DNA from: Mycobacteriales bacterium
GTDB lineage: Bacteria; Actinomycetota; Actinomycetes; JAFAQI01
Length of the DNA stretch: 64,000 nucleotides
Direction: 5' to 3'
Assembly (NCBI GenBank): GCA_035547035.1
Contig: DASZVL010000087.1
Coordinates: 130,298-194,297 of the forward strand
Numbering within the stretch: the first letter of the stretch is position 1; every line of letters starts with the position of its first letter. The notes beneath the pieces were generated by a model, which saw nothing but the letters and a program-made list of their open reading frames with translations, did no database searches and was not told the DNA's origin. Shown in pieces: positions 19,360-33,255 of this stretch. A program made the position numbers and the translations under genes.

Positions 19360-19565
19360 GCTAGACCAAGTGGTGCGTGACCCAGCCGACGAACGGTACG
19401 ACGATCAGCGGCGCCGTCAGCACCACGAGCCCCAAGATCACCAGCGCGGCCATGGCGCGGGTGCGCAGCGCGGGCTGGCCCTGGCGATCCTGCAGCCGAC
19501 CCAGCACGAGCCGAACGGTACGCCGATCCGGTCGAAACCCAACCTGAACCGCGCCCCGAAAAAAA

Positions 19566-19586
19566 GTTGAGCGGATCTCGCTCAAG
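19566..19586. promoter_or_regulatory. HAIR-like HspR operator (distal)
   Basis: GTTGAGC-GGATCTC-GCTCAAG compared with the consensus CTTGAGT-N7-ACTCAAG. Confidence 0.65.
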
Positions 19587-19617
19587 TGGGAATGACAAGT
19601 AGCGGGTGATCGGTTAC

Positions 19618-19638
19618 CTTGAGTGACACGGGCTCAAG
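19618..19638. promoter_or_regulatory. HAIR HspR operator (proximal) upstream of dnaK
   Basis: CTTGAGT-GACACGG-GCTCAAG, 56 nt upstream of the dnaK ATG. Confidence 0.8.
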
Positions 19639-19693
19639 TTGGAGCACTAGGTCACCAAAACACAGCGCATTCGGAACGACTGGAGACACAGAC

Positions 19694-21538
<1,845 letters not shown>

Positions 21539-21568
21539 GAGCCGGCGTAGCCCGCCCCGCTTCAGGGG

Positions 21569-22201
21569 GTGGCGGACGTGAGTGACGCGCCAACCGGGGG
21601 AGCGGCTGGACCGGCCGGCGAGGAGCACGAGCGTCCCGTCGTCCGCGACAAGCGCCGCTTCGACCCGCAGACCGGCGAACGCCGTACCGACGTCCCTGAC
21701 GTGGCGGTGCCGACCGAGCCGTTCGTCGACGTCGAGGCGGCGGACCCCGAGTCGGCGGGCAAGGTCGCGGAGCTCACCGAGGACCTGCAGCGGTTGCAGG
21801 CCGAGTTCGCCAACTACCGGCGTCGCGTCGAACGCGACCGGCAGGCGGTAGGCGAGGCCGCGCTCGCGTCGGTGATGGTGGGCCTGCTGCCGGTGCTCGA
21901 CGATCTCGACCGGGCCCGTGCCCACGGCGAGGTCGAAGGCGGCTTCGCGCTCGTCGCGGACGGGCTGGAGGCAACGCTGACGAAGCTCGGGCTGTCCCGT
22001 TTCGGCGATGCCGGCGAGCCGTTCGACCCGACGATCCACGAGGCCCTCACACACGGGCTGTCGGCCGACGTCGGCGAGCCCGTGTGTGCCGAGATCTACC
22101 AGCCCGGCTACCGGGTCGGCGAGCGAGTGCTGCGGCCCGCCAGGGTCGCCGTACTCGAGCCGGAGACGGCGAGCCCCGAAGGGGCGAGCAACGACAGCTA
22201 A
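21569..22201 (+). CDS. grpE: nucleotide exchange factor GrpE
   Basis: 210 aa with the GrpE core LQRLQAEFANYRRRVERD...VLPVLDDLDRA...PGYRVGERVLRPARV. Confidence 0.93.
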   Translation: MADVSDAPTGGAAGPAGEEHERPVVRDKRRFDPQTGERRTDVPDVAVPTEPFVDVEAADPESAGKVAELTEDLQRLQAEFANYRRRVERDRQAVGEAALASVMVGLLPVLDDLDRARAHGEVEGGFALVADGLEATLTKLGLSRFGDAGEPFDPTIHEALTHGLSADVGEPVCAEIYQPGYRVGERVLRPARVAVLEPETASPEGASNDS

Positions 22202-22204
22202 CGC

Positions 22205-22262
22205 CGAACTTGCAGGAATCAACCGGCTTCGGGCCGACAACACGTTGAAAAGTGCAAGTTCG
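22205..22262 (+). other. 58-nt symmetric hairpin in the grpE-dnaJ spacer
   Basis: CGAACTTGCA (22205-22214) / TGCAAGTTCG (22253-22262). Internal loop GGAA/AAAG, inner stem TCAAC/GTTGA. Confidence 0.5.
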
Positions 22263-22291
22263 CGAGTCCTAACCAGAGAGGAGGGACACCG

Positions 22292-23449
22292 GTGAGCGCT
22301 CGCGACTACGTCGAGAAGGACTACTACGCGGCGCTCGGTGTCTCCAAGGACGCATCTGCTGCGGACATCAAGAAGGCCTACCGCAAGCTCGCGCGCACCC
22401 ATCACCCGGACACGAATGCGGGTGACGCGAAAGCCGAGGAGAAGTTCAAGGAGATCTCCGAGGCCTACGACGTGCTCTCCGACGCGACGAAGCGCAAGGA
22501 GTACGACGAGGCGCGCGCGATGTTCGCAGGCGGCGGGTTCCGGATGCCGCCGCCTGGCGCGGGCGGCTACGGCGGAGCGGCCACCTTCGACCTCGGCGAC
22601 CTGTTCGGCGGGGGTGGAGCGGGTTCAGGCGGACTCGGCGACATCCTCGGCGGGCTGTTCGGCGGCGGGCGCAGTCGCGGCCCGGTGCCGCGTCGCGGCG
22701 CCGACGTCGAGGCCGAGGTCACGCTGTCCTTCAACGACGCGGCCTCCGGTGTCACGGTTCCCCTGACGATCTCCGGCCCGCACACCTGCCCGACCTGTCG
22801 TGGCAGCGGCGCGAAGCCTGGTACGGCGACGCGGGTCTGCCCGCGCTGCAGTGGCACCGGGATGTCGAGCACCAACCAGGGTGGCTTCGCCTTCGCCGAG
22901 CCGTGCCGTGACTGCCGTGGTCGCGGCCTGCTCGTCGACGATCCGTGCCCGACCTGCAGCGGCAGCGGCGAGGCCATCACGAGCCGCACCTTGCGCGCCC
23001 GCATCCCCGCGGGCGTCGGTGACGGCCAGAAGATCCGGCTCAAGGGCAAGGGTGAGGCGGGGGAGCGCGGCGGTCCGGCCGGCGACCTGCTCGTCACCGT
23101 GCATGTCGGCAAGCACGACCTGTTCGGCCGCAAGGGCGACAACCTCACGCTGACCGTGCCCGTGACCTTCCCCGAGGCGGCACTCGGTACGACGGTCAAG
23201 GTGCCGACCCTCGCTGGTCCCGCGGTGTCGGTGAAGATCCCGGCGGGCACCGCGAGCGGCCGGGTGCTGCGCGTGCGTGGCAAGGGCGTGAGCCGGCGCG
23301 ACGGCACGAAGGGCGATCTGCTCGTCACTGTGGAGGTCGCGGTTCCGTCTGAGCTGAGCGCTGAGGCGAAAGCTGCGCTCGAGGCGTACGCGGCGGCGCA
23401 GCCGGACAACCCGCGCGTGCATCTGGAGGCTGGTGGTGGCGATGTCTGA
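22292..23449 (+). CDS. dnaJ: molecular chaperone DnaJ
   Basis: J-domain DYYAALGV...HHPD, G/F-rich linker, and four CxxCxGxG zinc motifs ([32 protein letters not shown]). Confidence 0.96.
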   Translation: MSARDYVEKDYYAALGVSKDASAADIKKAYRKLARTHHPDTNAGDAKAEEKFKEISEAYDVLSDATKRKEYDEARAMFAGGGFRMPPPGAGGYGGAATFDLGDLFGGGGAGSGGLGDILGGLFGGGRSRGPVPRRGADVEAEVTLSFNDAASGVTVPLTISGPHTCPTCRGSGAKPGTATRVCPRCSGTGMSSTNQGGFAFAEPCRDCRGRGLLVDDPCPTCSGSGEAITSRTLRARIPAGVGDGQKIRLKGKGEAGERGGPAGDLLVTVHVGKHDLFGRKGDNLTLTVPVTFPEAALGTTVKVPTLAGPAVSVKIPAGTASGRVLRVRGKGVSRRDGTKGDLLVTVEVAVPSELSAEAKAALEAYAAAQPDNPRVHLEAGGGDV

Positions 23450-23873
23450 CGACTTCATGAGTGGTCTGGGCGCCGACGAGAACACGCCCGTATTCGTCAT
23501 CTCCGTCGCTGCGACGATGGCCGGCATGCACCCGCAGACGCTGCGGGCATACGACCGCATGGGCCTCGTCTCACCGGGCCGCGCGACTGGTCGTGGTCGC
23601 CGGTACTCCGCACGTGACATCGCGATGTTGCGCGAGGTCCAGCGACTCTCCCAAGACGAAGGCATCAACCTCGCCGGGGTGAAGCGGATCCTCGAGCTCG
23701 AGTCGCACGTTGCGGCGCTGCAGGCTCGGCTGTCCGAGGTGCTCGCCGAGCTGGAAGCGACCCGTGGCGAGATCGTGCGCCGTGAGCAGGCCGTACACCG
23801 CTCGTACCGGCGCGACCTGGTCCCGTTCACGCCACCGGCAGTCGTCGTGTGGCAACCCCCAAGAAGCAGGTGA
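23442..23873 (+). CDS. hspR: heat-shock repressor HspR (MerR family)
   Basis: Mer[35 protein letters not shown]...[18 protein letters not shown]. It is the last gene of the dnaK operon. ATG 23442 overlaps the dnaJ end (alternative GTG at 23433). Confidence 0.9.
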   Translation: MSDDFMSGLGADENTPVFVISVAATMAGMHPQTLRAYDRMGLVSPGRATGRGRRYSARDIAMLREVQRLSQDEGINLAGVKRILELESHVAALQARLSEVLAELEATRGEIVRREQAVHRSYRRDLVPFTPPAVVVWQPPRSR

Positions 23874-23932
23874 TCATGAGCCCAAATTCACCTGGTACGG
23901 CGTGTTGTGAATTAGCGGTCATGATCACCTGC
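23866..23932. repeat. compound palindrome D, related to the element at 26532-26591
   Basis: GCAGGTGATCATGA / TCATGATCACCTGC (14 bp) plus AATTCAC / GTGAATT (7 bp). Contains the hspR stop codon TGA at 23871-23873. Confidence 0.6.
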
Positions 23933-23949
23933 AAGTCGAGGTTGATCTG

Positions 23950-26531
<2,582 letters not shown>

Positions 26532-26535
<4 letters not shown>

Positions 26536-26591
26536 TCTTGACGTTGTGCGCCCTTCACCGGCGTGTTATGGGCGCATAGCGTCAAGATCAC
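26532..26591. repeat. compound palindrome C, related to the element at 23866-23932
   Basis: GTGATCTTGACG / CGTCAAGATCAC (12 bp) plus TGCGCCC / GGGCGCA (7 bp). Contains the clpB stop codon TGA at 26533-26535. Confidence 0.6.
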
Positions 26592-26628
26592 GAAGGAAGC
26601 GCCGGCGGTCGGTAGCCTCGTGCCCACA

Positions 26629-27165
26629 ATGAGCGACCGTGACGAGCTGCTTTCGCTGATCAAGTCCCACGCCGTGGTGCACGGCAAGGTGACGCTGTCC
26701 TCGGGGCGGGAGGCCGACTACTACGTCGACCTGCGCCGGGTGACGCTCTCAGGCCAGGCGGCCCCGCTGGTCGGCCGGGTGATGCGTGAGCTGACCCGCG
26801 ACCTCGAGTACGACGCTGTCGGCGGCCTGACGCTCGGCGCTGACCCGGTCGCGACAGCGATGCTGCACGCGGCGGCCGCCGACGGCGACAAGCTCGACGC
26901 GTTCGTCGTCCGCAAGGAAGGCAAGGCGCACGGGCTGCAGCGCCGGATCGAAGGGCCAGACGTGGTCGGTCGGCGCGTGCTCGCTGTCGAGGACACGTCC
27001 ACCACGGGCGGGTCGGTGCTGACCGCCGTGGAGGCGCTCCGCGAAGCCGGCGCCGAGGTCGTCGGCGTCGCGGTCATCGTCGAGCGGGGCGCGGCCGACG
27101 CAGTCGCGGCTGCCGGCCTGGACTACCGCGCGGCGTACTCACTCGCCGATCTCGGTCTCGAGTAG
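26629..27165 (+). CDS. pyrE: orotate phosphoribosyltransferase
   Basis: In-frame ATG 26629. FTLSSGRxxxYYVD-type start (VTLSSGREADYYVDLRR) and PRPP loop VLAVEDTSTTGGS. Confidence 0.9.
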   Translation: MSDRDELLSLIKSHAVVHGKVTLSSGREADYYVDLRRVTLSGQAAPLVGRVMRELTRDLEYDAVGGLTLGADPVATAMLHAAAADGDKLDAFVVRKEGKAHGLQRRIEGPDVVGRRVLAVEDTSTTGGSVLTAVEALREAGAEVVGVAVIVERGAADAVAAAGLDYRAAYSLADLGLE

Positions 27166-27178
27166 ACGGGCGCGCGGC

Positions 27179-27949
27179 GTGCCGCGGTACCGCTTCAAGA
27201 CGGCGTTGGTCACGGGCGCGTCGAGCGGCATCGGCTGGGAGTACGCGCAGGAGCTCGCGCGGCGCGGCACCGAGGTGACGGTCGTCGCCCGGCGTACCGA
27301 GCGGCTTCACGAGCTCGCCGACGGAATCAAGAACGTCAGGGTCAACGTGATCACGGCGGACCTGTGCACCGACGAGGGCGTCGCGACCGTCGAGCAGCAG
27401 CTCAAGGACTCTCCCGTCGAGCTGCTCGTCAACAACGCAGGGATGGCGAACGGCGGCGGTGGCTTCGTCCGCAAGCCGCCGAAGGAAGAGGCTGACCAGG
27501 TTCGGCTCAACGTGCTCGCACTCGTGCGGCTCACGCATGCCGCGGTCGGTCCGATGGTCGAGGCAGGCAAGGGTGGGATCCTCAACGTCTCCTCGCTGGC
27601 CGGCGACCAGCCGTTGCGCGGTTTCGTCACGTACGCCGCAACCAAGGCGTTCGTCTCCAGCTTCACCGAGGGCCTCGCGGGCGACCTGCGTGGAAGCGGT
27701 GTTCACGTCACGCTGCTCAAGCCGGGTTACGTCTACACGGAGATGAACCCGGACGGACCCGACCCCAAGTCGCTGGCCGGCCGGTTCTGGCTCACCCCGG
27801 ACGTCGTCGCGAAGGCGTCACTCGACGCCGTGGAGCGCGGCCGCCTGCTGTCAGTGCCCGGGCTGCACTATCGAGCCGCGAGCGGTTTGGTCAACGCGCT
27901 GCCGCACCAGCTCGTGCGCGCGATGTCATCGAGAGTCGACGCCGGCTGA
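27179..27949 (+). CDS. SDR family oxidoreductase
   Basis: TALVTGASSGIGWEYA, NNAG, YAATK (Y-x3-K). Confidence 0.85.
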   Translation: MPRYRFKTALVTGASSGIGWEYAQELARRGTEVTVVARRTERLHELADGIKNVRVNVITADLCTDEGVATVEQQLKDSPVELLVNNAGMANGGGGFVRKPPKEEADQVRLNVLALVRLTHAAVGPMVEAGKGGILNVSSLAGDQPLRGFVTYAATKAFVSSFTEGLAGDLRGSGVHVTLLKPGYVYTEMNPDGPDPKSLAGRFWLTPDVVAKASLDAVERGRLLSVPGLHYRAASGLVNALPHQLVRAMSSRVDAG

Positions 27950-27956
27950 CCCAAGC

Positions 27957-28016
27957 TCGAGCCCAACCCTTTGGGCGTCAACACGCCGCGCGGGACGCCC
28001 TCAACGTTGGGCTCGA
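27957..28016. terminator. bidirectional compound hairpin between convergent SDR and dedA genes
   Basis: TCGAGCCCAAC (27957-27967) / GTTGGGCTCGA (28006-28016), enclosing GGGCGTC / GACGCCC. Confidence 0.55.
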
Positions 28017-28029
28017 CGGTCTGGTTGGC

Positions 28030-28701
28030 TCAGGCTGACGCGCGTGATCGCGCCATGTGGATGAGCGCGGGAATGATCGACAGCACGACCGCCGCGACCG
28101 CGATGATCTCGACGTACTTGCGGATGAACGAGATGTGTCCGAGGAAGTGGCCGAGGATGATGATCGGCACCGTCCACAGCAGCCCGCCGATGAGGTTCGC
28201 GACCGTGTAGCGCGGGATCGACACGCCCGCGACCCCGACGATCGGCGAGGAGAACGTCCGCACGACGGGGACGAACCGGGACAGCGCGATCGCCTTGCCG
28301 GCACCGAACCGGTCGAGGAAGCGTTCGGTCCGCTCGGCGTACTCCTTCTTGTAGAACCTCGACCCCTTGCGATGCTCCAGCGACCGGCCGGCGCGGCGTC
28401 CGACCTCGTAGCCGAGCTGCCCGCCGACGATCGCACCCACGGCTGCGGCAATCAGCAGCCATCCGACCGGGAGGTGAACGCCGAGGTTGTTGTGGCGATC
28501 GGTCGCGTACCCGGCGAGGAACAGCAGCGAGTCGCCCGGCAGGAAGAAGCCGACCAGCAGCCCGGTCTGCGCGAACAGCACGACCATGACGCCGATGACG
28601 CCGAACGTCGACAGCAGGTGACTCGGCCCGATCGCGTGGAGAAGGGCGTACTGCTGGTGCACCTGCAGAGGGTATCGGCCCATACTTGCGGGCAAGTTCA
28701 T
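28030..28701 (-). CDS. DedA family membrane protein
   Basis: FFLPGDSLLFLAGY motif and multiple TM helices. An alternative start exists at 28683. Confidence 0.85.
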   Translation of the reverse strand: MNLPASMGRYPLQVHQQYALLHAIGPSHLLSTFGVIGVMVVLFAQTGLLVGFFLPGDSLLFLAGYATDRHNNLGVHLPVGWLLIAAAVGAIVGGQLGYEVGRRAGRSLEHRKGSRFYKKEYAERTERFLDRFGAGKAIALSRFVPVVRTFSSPIVGVAGVSIPRYTVANLIGGLLWTVPIIILGHFLGHISFIRKYVEIIAVAAVVLSIIPALIHMARSRASA

Positions 28702-28730
28702 CGAAGGATCAGGTCGAGGAGACGAGTCGG

Positions 28731-29756
28731 ATGCCGGTAGCCAGCCCTGAGGTCTACGCCGAGATGTTCGACCGGGCGAAGGCCGGTGGCTTCGCCTATC
28801 CGGCGATCAACTGCACGTCGTCGGGGACGGTCAATGCCGCGCTGCGCGGCTTCGCCGAGGCGGAGAGCGACGGCATCATCCAGATCTCGTGGGGCGGTGC
28901 CGAGTTCGCCTCGGGTGCGTCGATCAAGGACATGGTCACCGGCGCGATCGCACTCGCTGACTTCGCGCGCGAGGTCGCGAAGAACTACCACGTCACGATC
29001 GGGTTGCACACCGACCACTGCCCGCCCGAGAAGCTCGCCGGCTTCATGCGTCCGCTGCTCGAGCGCTCGATCGAGCGGGTCAAGGCAGGGCAGGAGCCCA
29101 TCTTCGGCTCGCACATGTGGGACGGCTCGGGGATCGACCTCGAGGACAACCTCAAGACCGCGGACGAGCTGTTCGCAATGTCGATCGAGGCGCGCACGAT
29201 CCTCGAGCTCGAGATCGGCGTCGTCGGCGGTGAGGAAGACGGCATCTCCAACGAGATGAACGAGAAGCTCTACACCTCGCCGAAGGACATGGAGCGCGTC
29301 ACGGAGGTGCTGGGGGCGCCCGGTGAGCGCGGCCGGTACCTGCTCGCCGCCGTCTTCGGCAACGTGCACGGCGTGTACAAGCCGGGTTCGGTGAAGCTGC
29401 GGCCCGAGATCCTCAAGGAGGGCCAGGAGCACGTCGGCAAGAAGCTCGGGGTGACCAACCCGTTCGACCTGGTCTTCCACGGCGGCTCCGGGTCGGAGCT
29501 CAGCGAGATCCACGAGACGCTCAGCTATGGCGTGGTGAAGATGAACATCGACACCGACACGCAGTACGCCTACACGCGCCCGGTCGCTGACCACATGCTC
29601 ACGAACTACTCGGGCGTGCTCAAGGTCGACGGCGACGTCGGCAACAAGAAGGTGTACGACCCGCGCTCGTGGGGCCGATCGGCTGAGGCCGCGATGGCCG
29701 AGCGCGTCGTACAGGGCTGCCAAGACCTGAAGAGCACCGGTACGAAGCTGACATAG
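28731..29756 (+). CDS. fbaA: class II fructose-bisphosphate aldolase
   Basis: In-frame ATG 28731. MPVASPEVYAEMFDRAKAGGFAYPAINCTSS..., HTDHC, VFHGGSGS. Confidence 0.95.
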   Translation: MPVASPEVYAEMFDRAKAGGFAYPAINCTSSGTVNAALRGFAEAESDGIIQISWGGAEFASGASIKDMVTGAIALADFAREVAKNYHVTIGLHTDHCPPEKLAGFMRPLLERSIERVKAGQEPIFGSHMWDGSGIDLEDNLKTADELFAMSIEARTILELEIGVVGGEEDGISNEMNEKLYTSPKDMERVTEVLGAPGERGRYLLAAVFGNVHGVYKPGSVKLRPEILKEGQEHVGKKLGVTNPFDLVFHGGSGSELSEIHETLSYGVVKMNIDTDTQYAYTRPVADHMLTNYSGVLKVDGDVGNKKVYDPRSWGRSAEAAMAERVVQGCQDLKSTGTKLT

Positions 29757-29826
29757 CGCGCGAAATCTGGCTCTCACCCGTATCGTGGGAGGACTGAAGT
29801 CTCACTGGATGGGGGAGAGCCGGAGC

Positions 29827-31389
29827 ATGCTGCCCTGGCTTCGAGCCGCAGCGGTGACCGGATGCGCCGCACTGTTGTGCAGCTCCGGACTGCTTTCCGC
29901 GCCCGCATTTGCGGATGACTCGACCAGCTCGTTCACCCTCGACCCGCCTTACGCGCAGACGGGGCAGACCGTGACCTTGACGGCCGAGGGCACCATGACG
30001 TTCCCCACCGACGGGAGCGCCGCCGTCACGTTCAACCAGAACGTCCCCGCGACGAGCGTCGACTCGGTGAGCCCGACCCAGCTCAGTGTCGTCGTCCCGG
30101 ACGGCGCGACGACCGGACCGGTCGACGTCGTCGCATCCGATACGACGTACGCCGGCCCCACCTTCACGCTTCAGCAGCCGACCAGCTGGACCGCGTCTCT
30201 GACGCCCGCCGTGATCACGTATGGCCACAAGGCGATGGTGAGCGCCGCCCTCAGCACAGCCGGGATGGTCAGTGGGCCGGTCGCCGGCGCGGCAGCGACC
30301 CTGCAGCACCGTTCGTCGCCGACGGGCGCGTGGCACACCCCGGCCACGGGAGCTCACAAGAGCACCGCGGCCAACGGCAGGGTTCGCTGGATCGTTGCGC
30401 CCACACGCAACGGGCAGTACCGCGTGGTCTTCGGGCAGACCCCGGCGTACGGCGGGTCGACCAGCACGCCGTTGGGGCTGTCGGTGCGACCGCTCATCAA
30501 GGTGCACAAGATCGCGACCGCACCCGCCGGGACGCCGACGCACATCACCGGCCAGATCACTCCGAAGAACGTCGGACCGGTCTCCCTCCAGCGGCGCACC
30601 GGCCGGACCTGGCGCGGGATCGCGACGGCCACGCCTCGACACGGCCGGTTCAGCTTCACCGTCTCGCCCGAGGCCTACTCGGTGGCCCACTACCGGATCG
30701 TCCGTCGGGCCGACGCCTCGCACTCGCAGGGGATCAGCCGGGCGCTCAACATCGAGGTCGTCAACCGCATCCTGCGATACGGCGCCTCGGGACCGGACGT
30801 GCGCACCTTGCAGGCCCGGCTTCGCGCACTGCACTACGACGTCGGTCCGAAGTCGTCGTTCTACCGCTGGGACATGGTTCACGCGGTGACCGCGTTCCAG
30901 AAGGTGCAGGGGCTCACCCGCGACGGCGTTGCCTACAACAAGGTGTGGCGGGGGCTCGCGCACCCGAGGAAGGTGCATCTCCGGCACGCGAACAGCGGAC
31001 GGACCGAGGTCGAGGTCAACCTCACCAAGGAGATCCTGGTGATCGCGAAGAACGGCAAGGTGTGGCGGATCCTCGACACCTCTACCGGCGGTGGCTACAG
31101 CTACACCGGATCCGATGGCAGCCCGTCGGTCGCGATCACCCCGACCGGGCACTTCACGATTCAGTACAAGCAGACGGGCTGGCAGAAGTCGAAGCTCGGC
31201 GAGCTGTACTACCCGTCCTACTTCACCAACACCGGCTTCGCGATCCACGGCGAGGGCGACACCAACTCAGGCAGCAACGTCCCGCCGTACCCGGCAAGCC
31301 ACGGCTGCGTGCGGGTCAGCAACAGCGCGGTGCTTCGCTACTACTACAAGGTGTTCACCGTCGGCACGCCGGTGTGGATCTACCGATGA
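29827..31389 (+). CDS. secreted L,D-transpeptidase family protein with IPT/TIG-like and peptidoglycan-binding domains
   Basis: GGAG lies 5 nt upstream of ATG 29827 and a signal peptide follows. PG_binding_1-like GPDVRTLQARLRALHYDVG...AVTAFQKVQGLTRDG. YkuD catalytic motif FAIHG...ASHGCVRVS. Confidence 0.85.
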   Translation: MLPWLRAAAVTGCAALLCSSGLLSAPAFADDSTSSFTLDPPYAQTGQTVTLTAEGTMTFPTDGSAAVTFNQNVPATSVDSVSPTQLSVVVPDGATTGPVDVVASDTTYAGPTFTLQQPTSWTASLTPAVITYGHKAMVSAALSTAGMVSGPVAGAAATLQHRSSPTGAWHTPATGAHKSTAANGRVRWIVAPTRNGQYRVVFGQTPAYGGSTSTPLGLSVRPLIKVHKIATAPAGTPTHITGQITPKNVGPVSLQRRTGRTWRGIATATPRHGRFSFTVSPEAYSVAHYRIVRRADASHSQGISRALNIEVVNRILRYGASGPDVRTLQARLRALHYDVGPKSSFYRWDMVHAVTAFQKVQGLTRDGVAYNKVWRGLAHPRKVHLRHANSGRTEVEVNLTKEILVIAKNGKVWRILDTSTGGGYSYTGSDGSPSVAITPTGHFTIQYKQTGWQKSKLGELYYPSYFTNTGFAIHGEGDTNSGSNVPPYPASHGCVRVSNSAVLRYYYKVFTVGTPVWIYR

Positions 31390-31399
31390 CGCGACTGGT

Positions 31400-31816
31400 A
31401 TGACGCACTCGCACAACCTGCTCGGCGAGCCGCCGGCCACGCTGTTGCCCGACAACCCGGCCGCGCGTGATGCGCTCGCCCGTGGCGTCGACCCGACCGA
31501 GGTGGCGGCAGCCTTCCCGACGTACGCCGGCGCCTGGGCAGCCCTCGCCGATCGTGCCTTTGCTGCCGAGTCGGTCGTCGAGTCCTACGCGTATGCCCGC
31601 GTCGGCTACCACCGCGGACTCGACTCGCTGCGTCGCGCCGGCTGGAAGGGCCACGGGCCGGTGCCGTGGTCGCACGCGCCGAACCAGGGGTTCCTGCGCT
31701 GTCTGCACGCGTTGGGTCGCGCCGCGGGCGCGATCGGTGAGGCGGACGAGGCCGCCCGCTGCAAGCAGTTCCTCGACGACAGCGATCCGGGCGCGGCTGC
31801 GGCCATCGACTCCTGA
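31400..31816 (+). CDS. DUF3151 domain-containing protein
   Basis: In-frame ATG 31400. YAYARVGYHRGLDSLRRAGWKGHGPVPWSHAPNQGFLRCLHAL block, which I recognise from DUF3151. Confidence 0.75.
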   Translation: MTHSHNLLGEPPATLLPDNPAARDALARGVDPTEVAAAFPTYAGAWAALADRAFAAESVVESYAYARVGYHRGLDSLRRAGWKGHGPVPWSHAPNQGFLRCLHALGRAAGAIGEADEAARCKQFLDDSDPGAAAAIDS

Positions 31817-31821
31817 CCAAC

Positions 31822-31865
31822 TTGTCCGTGGCTGCGCTGGTTATAGGCAGCAGAGACACGGACAA
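31822..31865. repeat. hairpin element A with GGTTATAGGC apex, related to 55070-55113
   Basis: TTGTCCGTG (31822-31830) / CACGGACAA (31857-31865). Inner stem GCTGC/GCAGC. GGTTATAGGC at 31839-31848. Confidence 0.6.
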
Positions 31866-31963
31866 CTCGGGTAGCCTTTGATCGCAAGAGGCTCCGGTCG
31901 CTTGCGACCCCGGGGCCTTTCCGCTTGTTCGGCACCGGGACCGGCACTGAAGGGACGGACTCG

Positions 31964-33247
31964 ATGCCGGCGATTGCGCTGCTCGGCGCTCAGTGGGGCG
32001 ACGAGGGCAAGGGCAAGGCGACCGACTTGCTGGGTGAGCAGGTCGACTACGTCGTGAAGTTCAACGGTGGCAACAACGCCGGCCACACGATCGTCGTCGA
32101 CGGCGAGACCTACGCGTTGCACCTGCTGCCGGCCGGCGTCCTGACTCCCGGCGTGACGCCGGTGATCGGCAACGGGGTGGTCGTCGACCTCAGTGTTCTG
32201 TTCGGCGAGATCGACGCGATCAGCGCCCGCGGTGTCGACTGCTCGCGACTCGTCGTGTCGGCCAATGCCCACGTCATCACGCCGTACCACGTCCTCATGG
32301 ACAAAGTGGCTGAGCGCTTCCTCGGGAAGTCGAAGATCGGTACGACGGGGCGCGGCATCGGGCCGGCGTACGCCGACAAGATGTCGCGGATCGGCGTGCG
32401 GGTGCAGGACCTGCTGGACGAGAAGATCCTGCGCCAGAAGGTCGAGGGTGCGCTCGACGGCAAGAACCAGGTGCTGGTCAAGGTCTACAACCGCAAGGCC
32501 GTGTCGGTCGACGAGGTCGTCGAGGAGCTGCTCGGCTACGTCGAACGGCTGCGCCCGATGGTCACGGACACGTCGCTGCTGCTGAGCCAGGCACTCGATG
32601 CCGGCAAGGTCGTGCTGCTCGAGGCCGGCCAGGCGACGATGCTCGACGTCGACCACGGCACCTACCCGTTCGTCACGTCGTCGAGCGCGACGGCGGGCGG
32701 CGCCTGCACCGGGTCCGGCATCCCGCCGACGAGAATCGATCGAGTGGTCGCGGTGGTGAAGGCGTATGCGACCCGGGTCGGATCCGGCCCGATGCCGACC
32801 GAGCTGCTCGACGATGACGGCGAGAAGCTGCGCACGATCGGCGGGGAGTTCGGCGTGACGACGGGTAGGCCGCGACGCTGCGGCTGGTACGACGCGGTCG
32901 TCGCCCGTTACGCCGCGCGGGTCAACGGCGTCACTGACTTCGTTCTCACCAAGCTCGATGTGCTGACCGGCTGGGAGCAGATCCCGGTCTGCACCGGTTA
33001 CCGCATCAACGGCACGGTCCACGACGAGATGCCGATGACCCAGACCGAGTACCACCACGCCGAGCCGGTCTACGAGATGTTCGCGGGCTGGGACGAGGAC
33101 ATCACGGGCGCGCGAGCGCTCGAGGATCTGCCGAAGCAAGCGCAGGCGTACGTCGAGGCGCTCGAAGCGATGTCGGGTGCGCCGATCTCAGTCGTCGGCG
33201 TCGGTCCGGGTCGCGAGCAGACGATCGTGTCGCGGTCTCTTGTCTAG
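31964..33247 (+). CDS. purA: adenylosuccinate synthase
   Basis: In-frame ATG 31964. [40 protein letters not shown]. Confidence 0.96.
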   Translation: MPAIALLGAQWGDEGKGKATDLLGEQVDYVVKFNGGNNAGHTIVVDGETYALHLLPAGVLTPGVTPVIGNGVVVDLSVLFGEIDAISARGVDCSRLVVSANAHVITPYHVLMDKVAERFLGKSKIGTTGRGIGPAYADKMSRIGVRVQDLLDEKILRQKVEGALDGKNQVLVKVYNRKAVSVDEVVEELLGYVERLRPMVTDTSLLLSQALDAGKVVLLEAGQATMLDVDHGTYPFVTSSSATAGGACTGSGIPPTRIDRVVAVVKAYATRVGSGPMPTELLDDDGEKLRTIGGEFGVTTGRPRRCGWYDAVVARYAARVNGVTDFVLTKLDVLTGWEQIPVCTGYRINGTVHDEMPMTQTEYHHAEPVYEMFAGWDEDITGARALEDLPKQAQAYVEALEAMSGAPISVVGVGPGREQTIVSRSLV

Positions 33248-33255
33248 GCCTCGCC

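Noticed and set aside
19361-19585. 74-aa minus-strand ORF with a hydrophobic C-terminus between the Fe-S reductase gene and dnaK
   Set aside because: Its 5' end runs through the distal HAIR operator and dnaK promoter region. Only the last ~30 codons look membrane-like, there is no RBS, and no family is recognised. It is not reported as a gene, although a tiny membrane peptide (start 19453) cannot be excluded.
23874-23949. HspR HAIR operator directly upstream of clpB
   Set aside because: I searched by eye for CTTGAGT-N7-ACTCAAG-like sequence and found none. Only the compound palindrome D is present.
31866-31963. Riboswitch or leader RNA upstream of the pur genes (ZTP/pfl, PRPP, purine)
   Set aside because: I found no recognisable conserved cores, for example no CCGCCTGGGC-type pfl pseudoknot. 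Most pur genes are overlapping, leaderless or have leaders shorter than 60 nt. The purA leader contains only generic hairpins such as TCGCAAG-N12-CTTGCGA.
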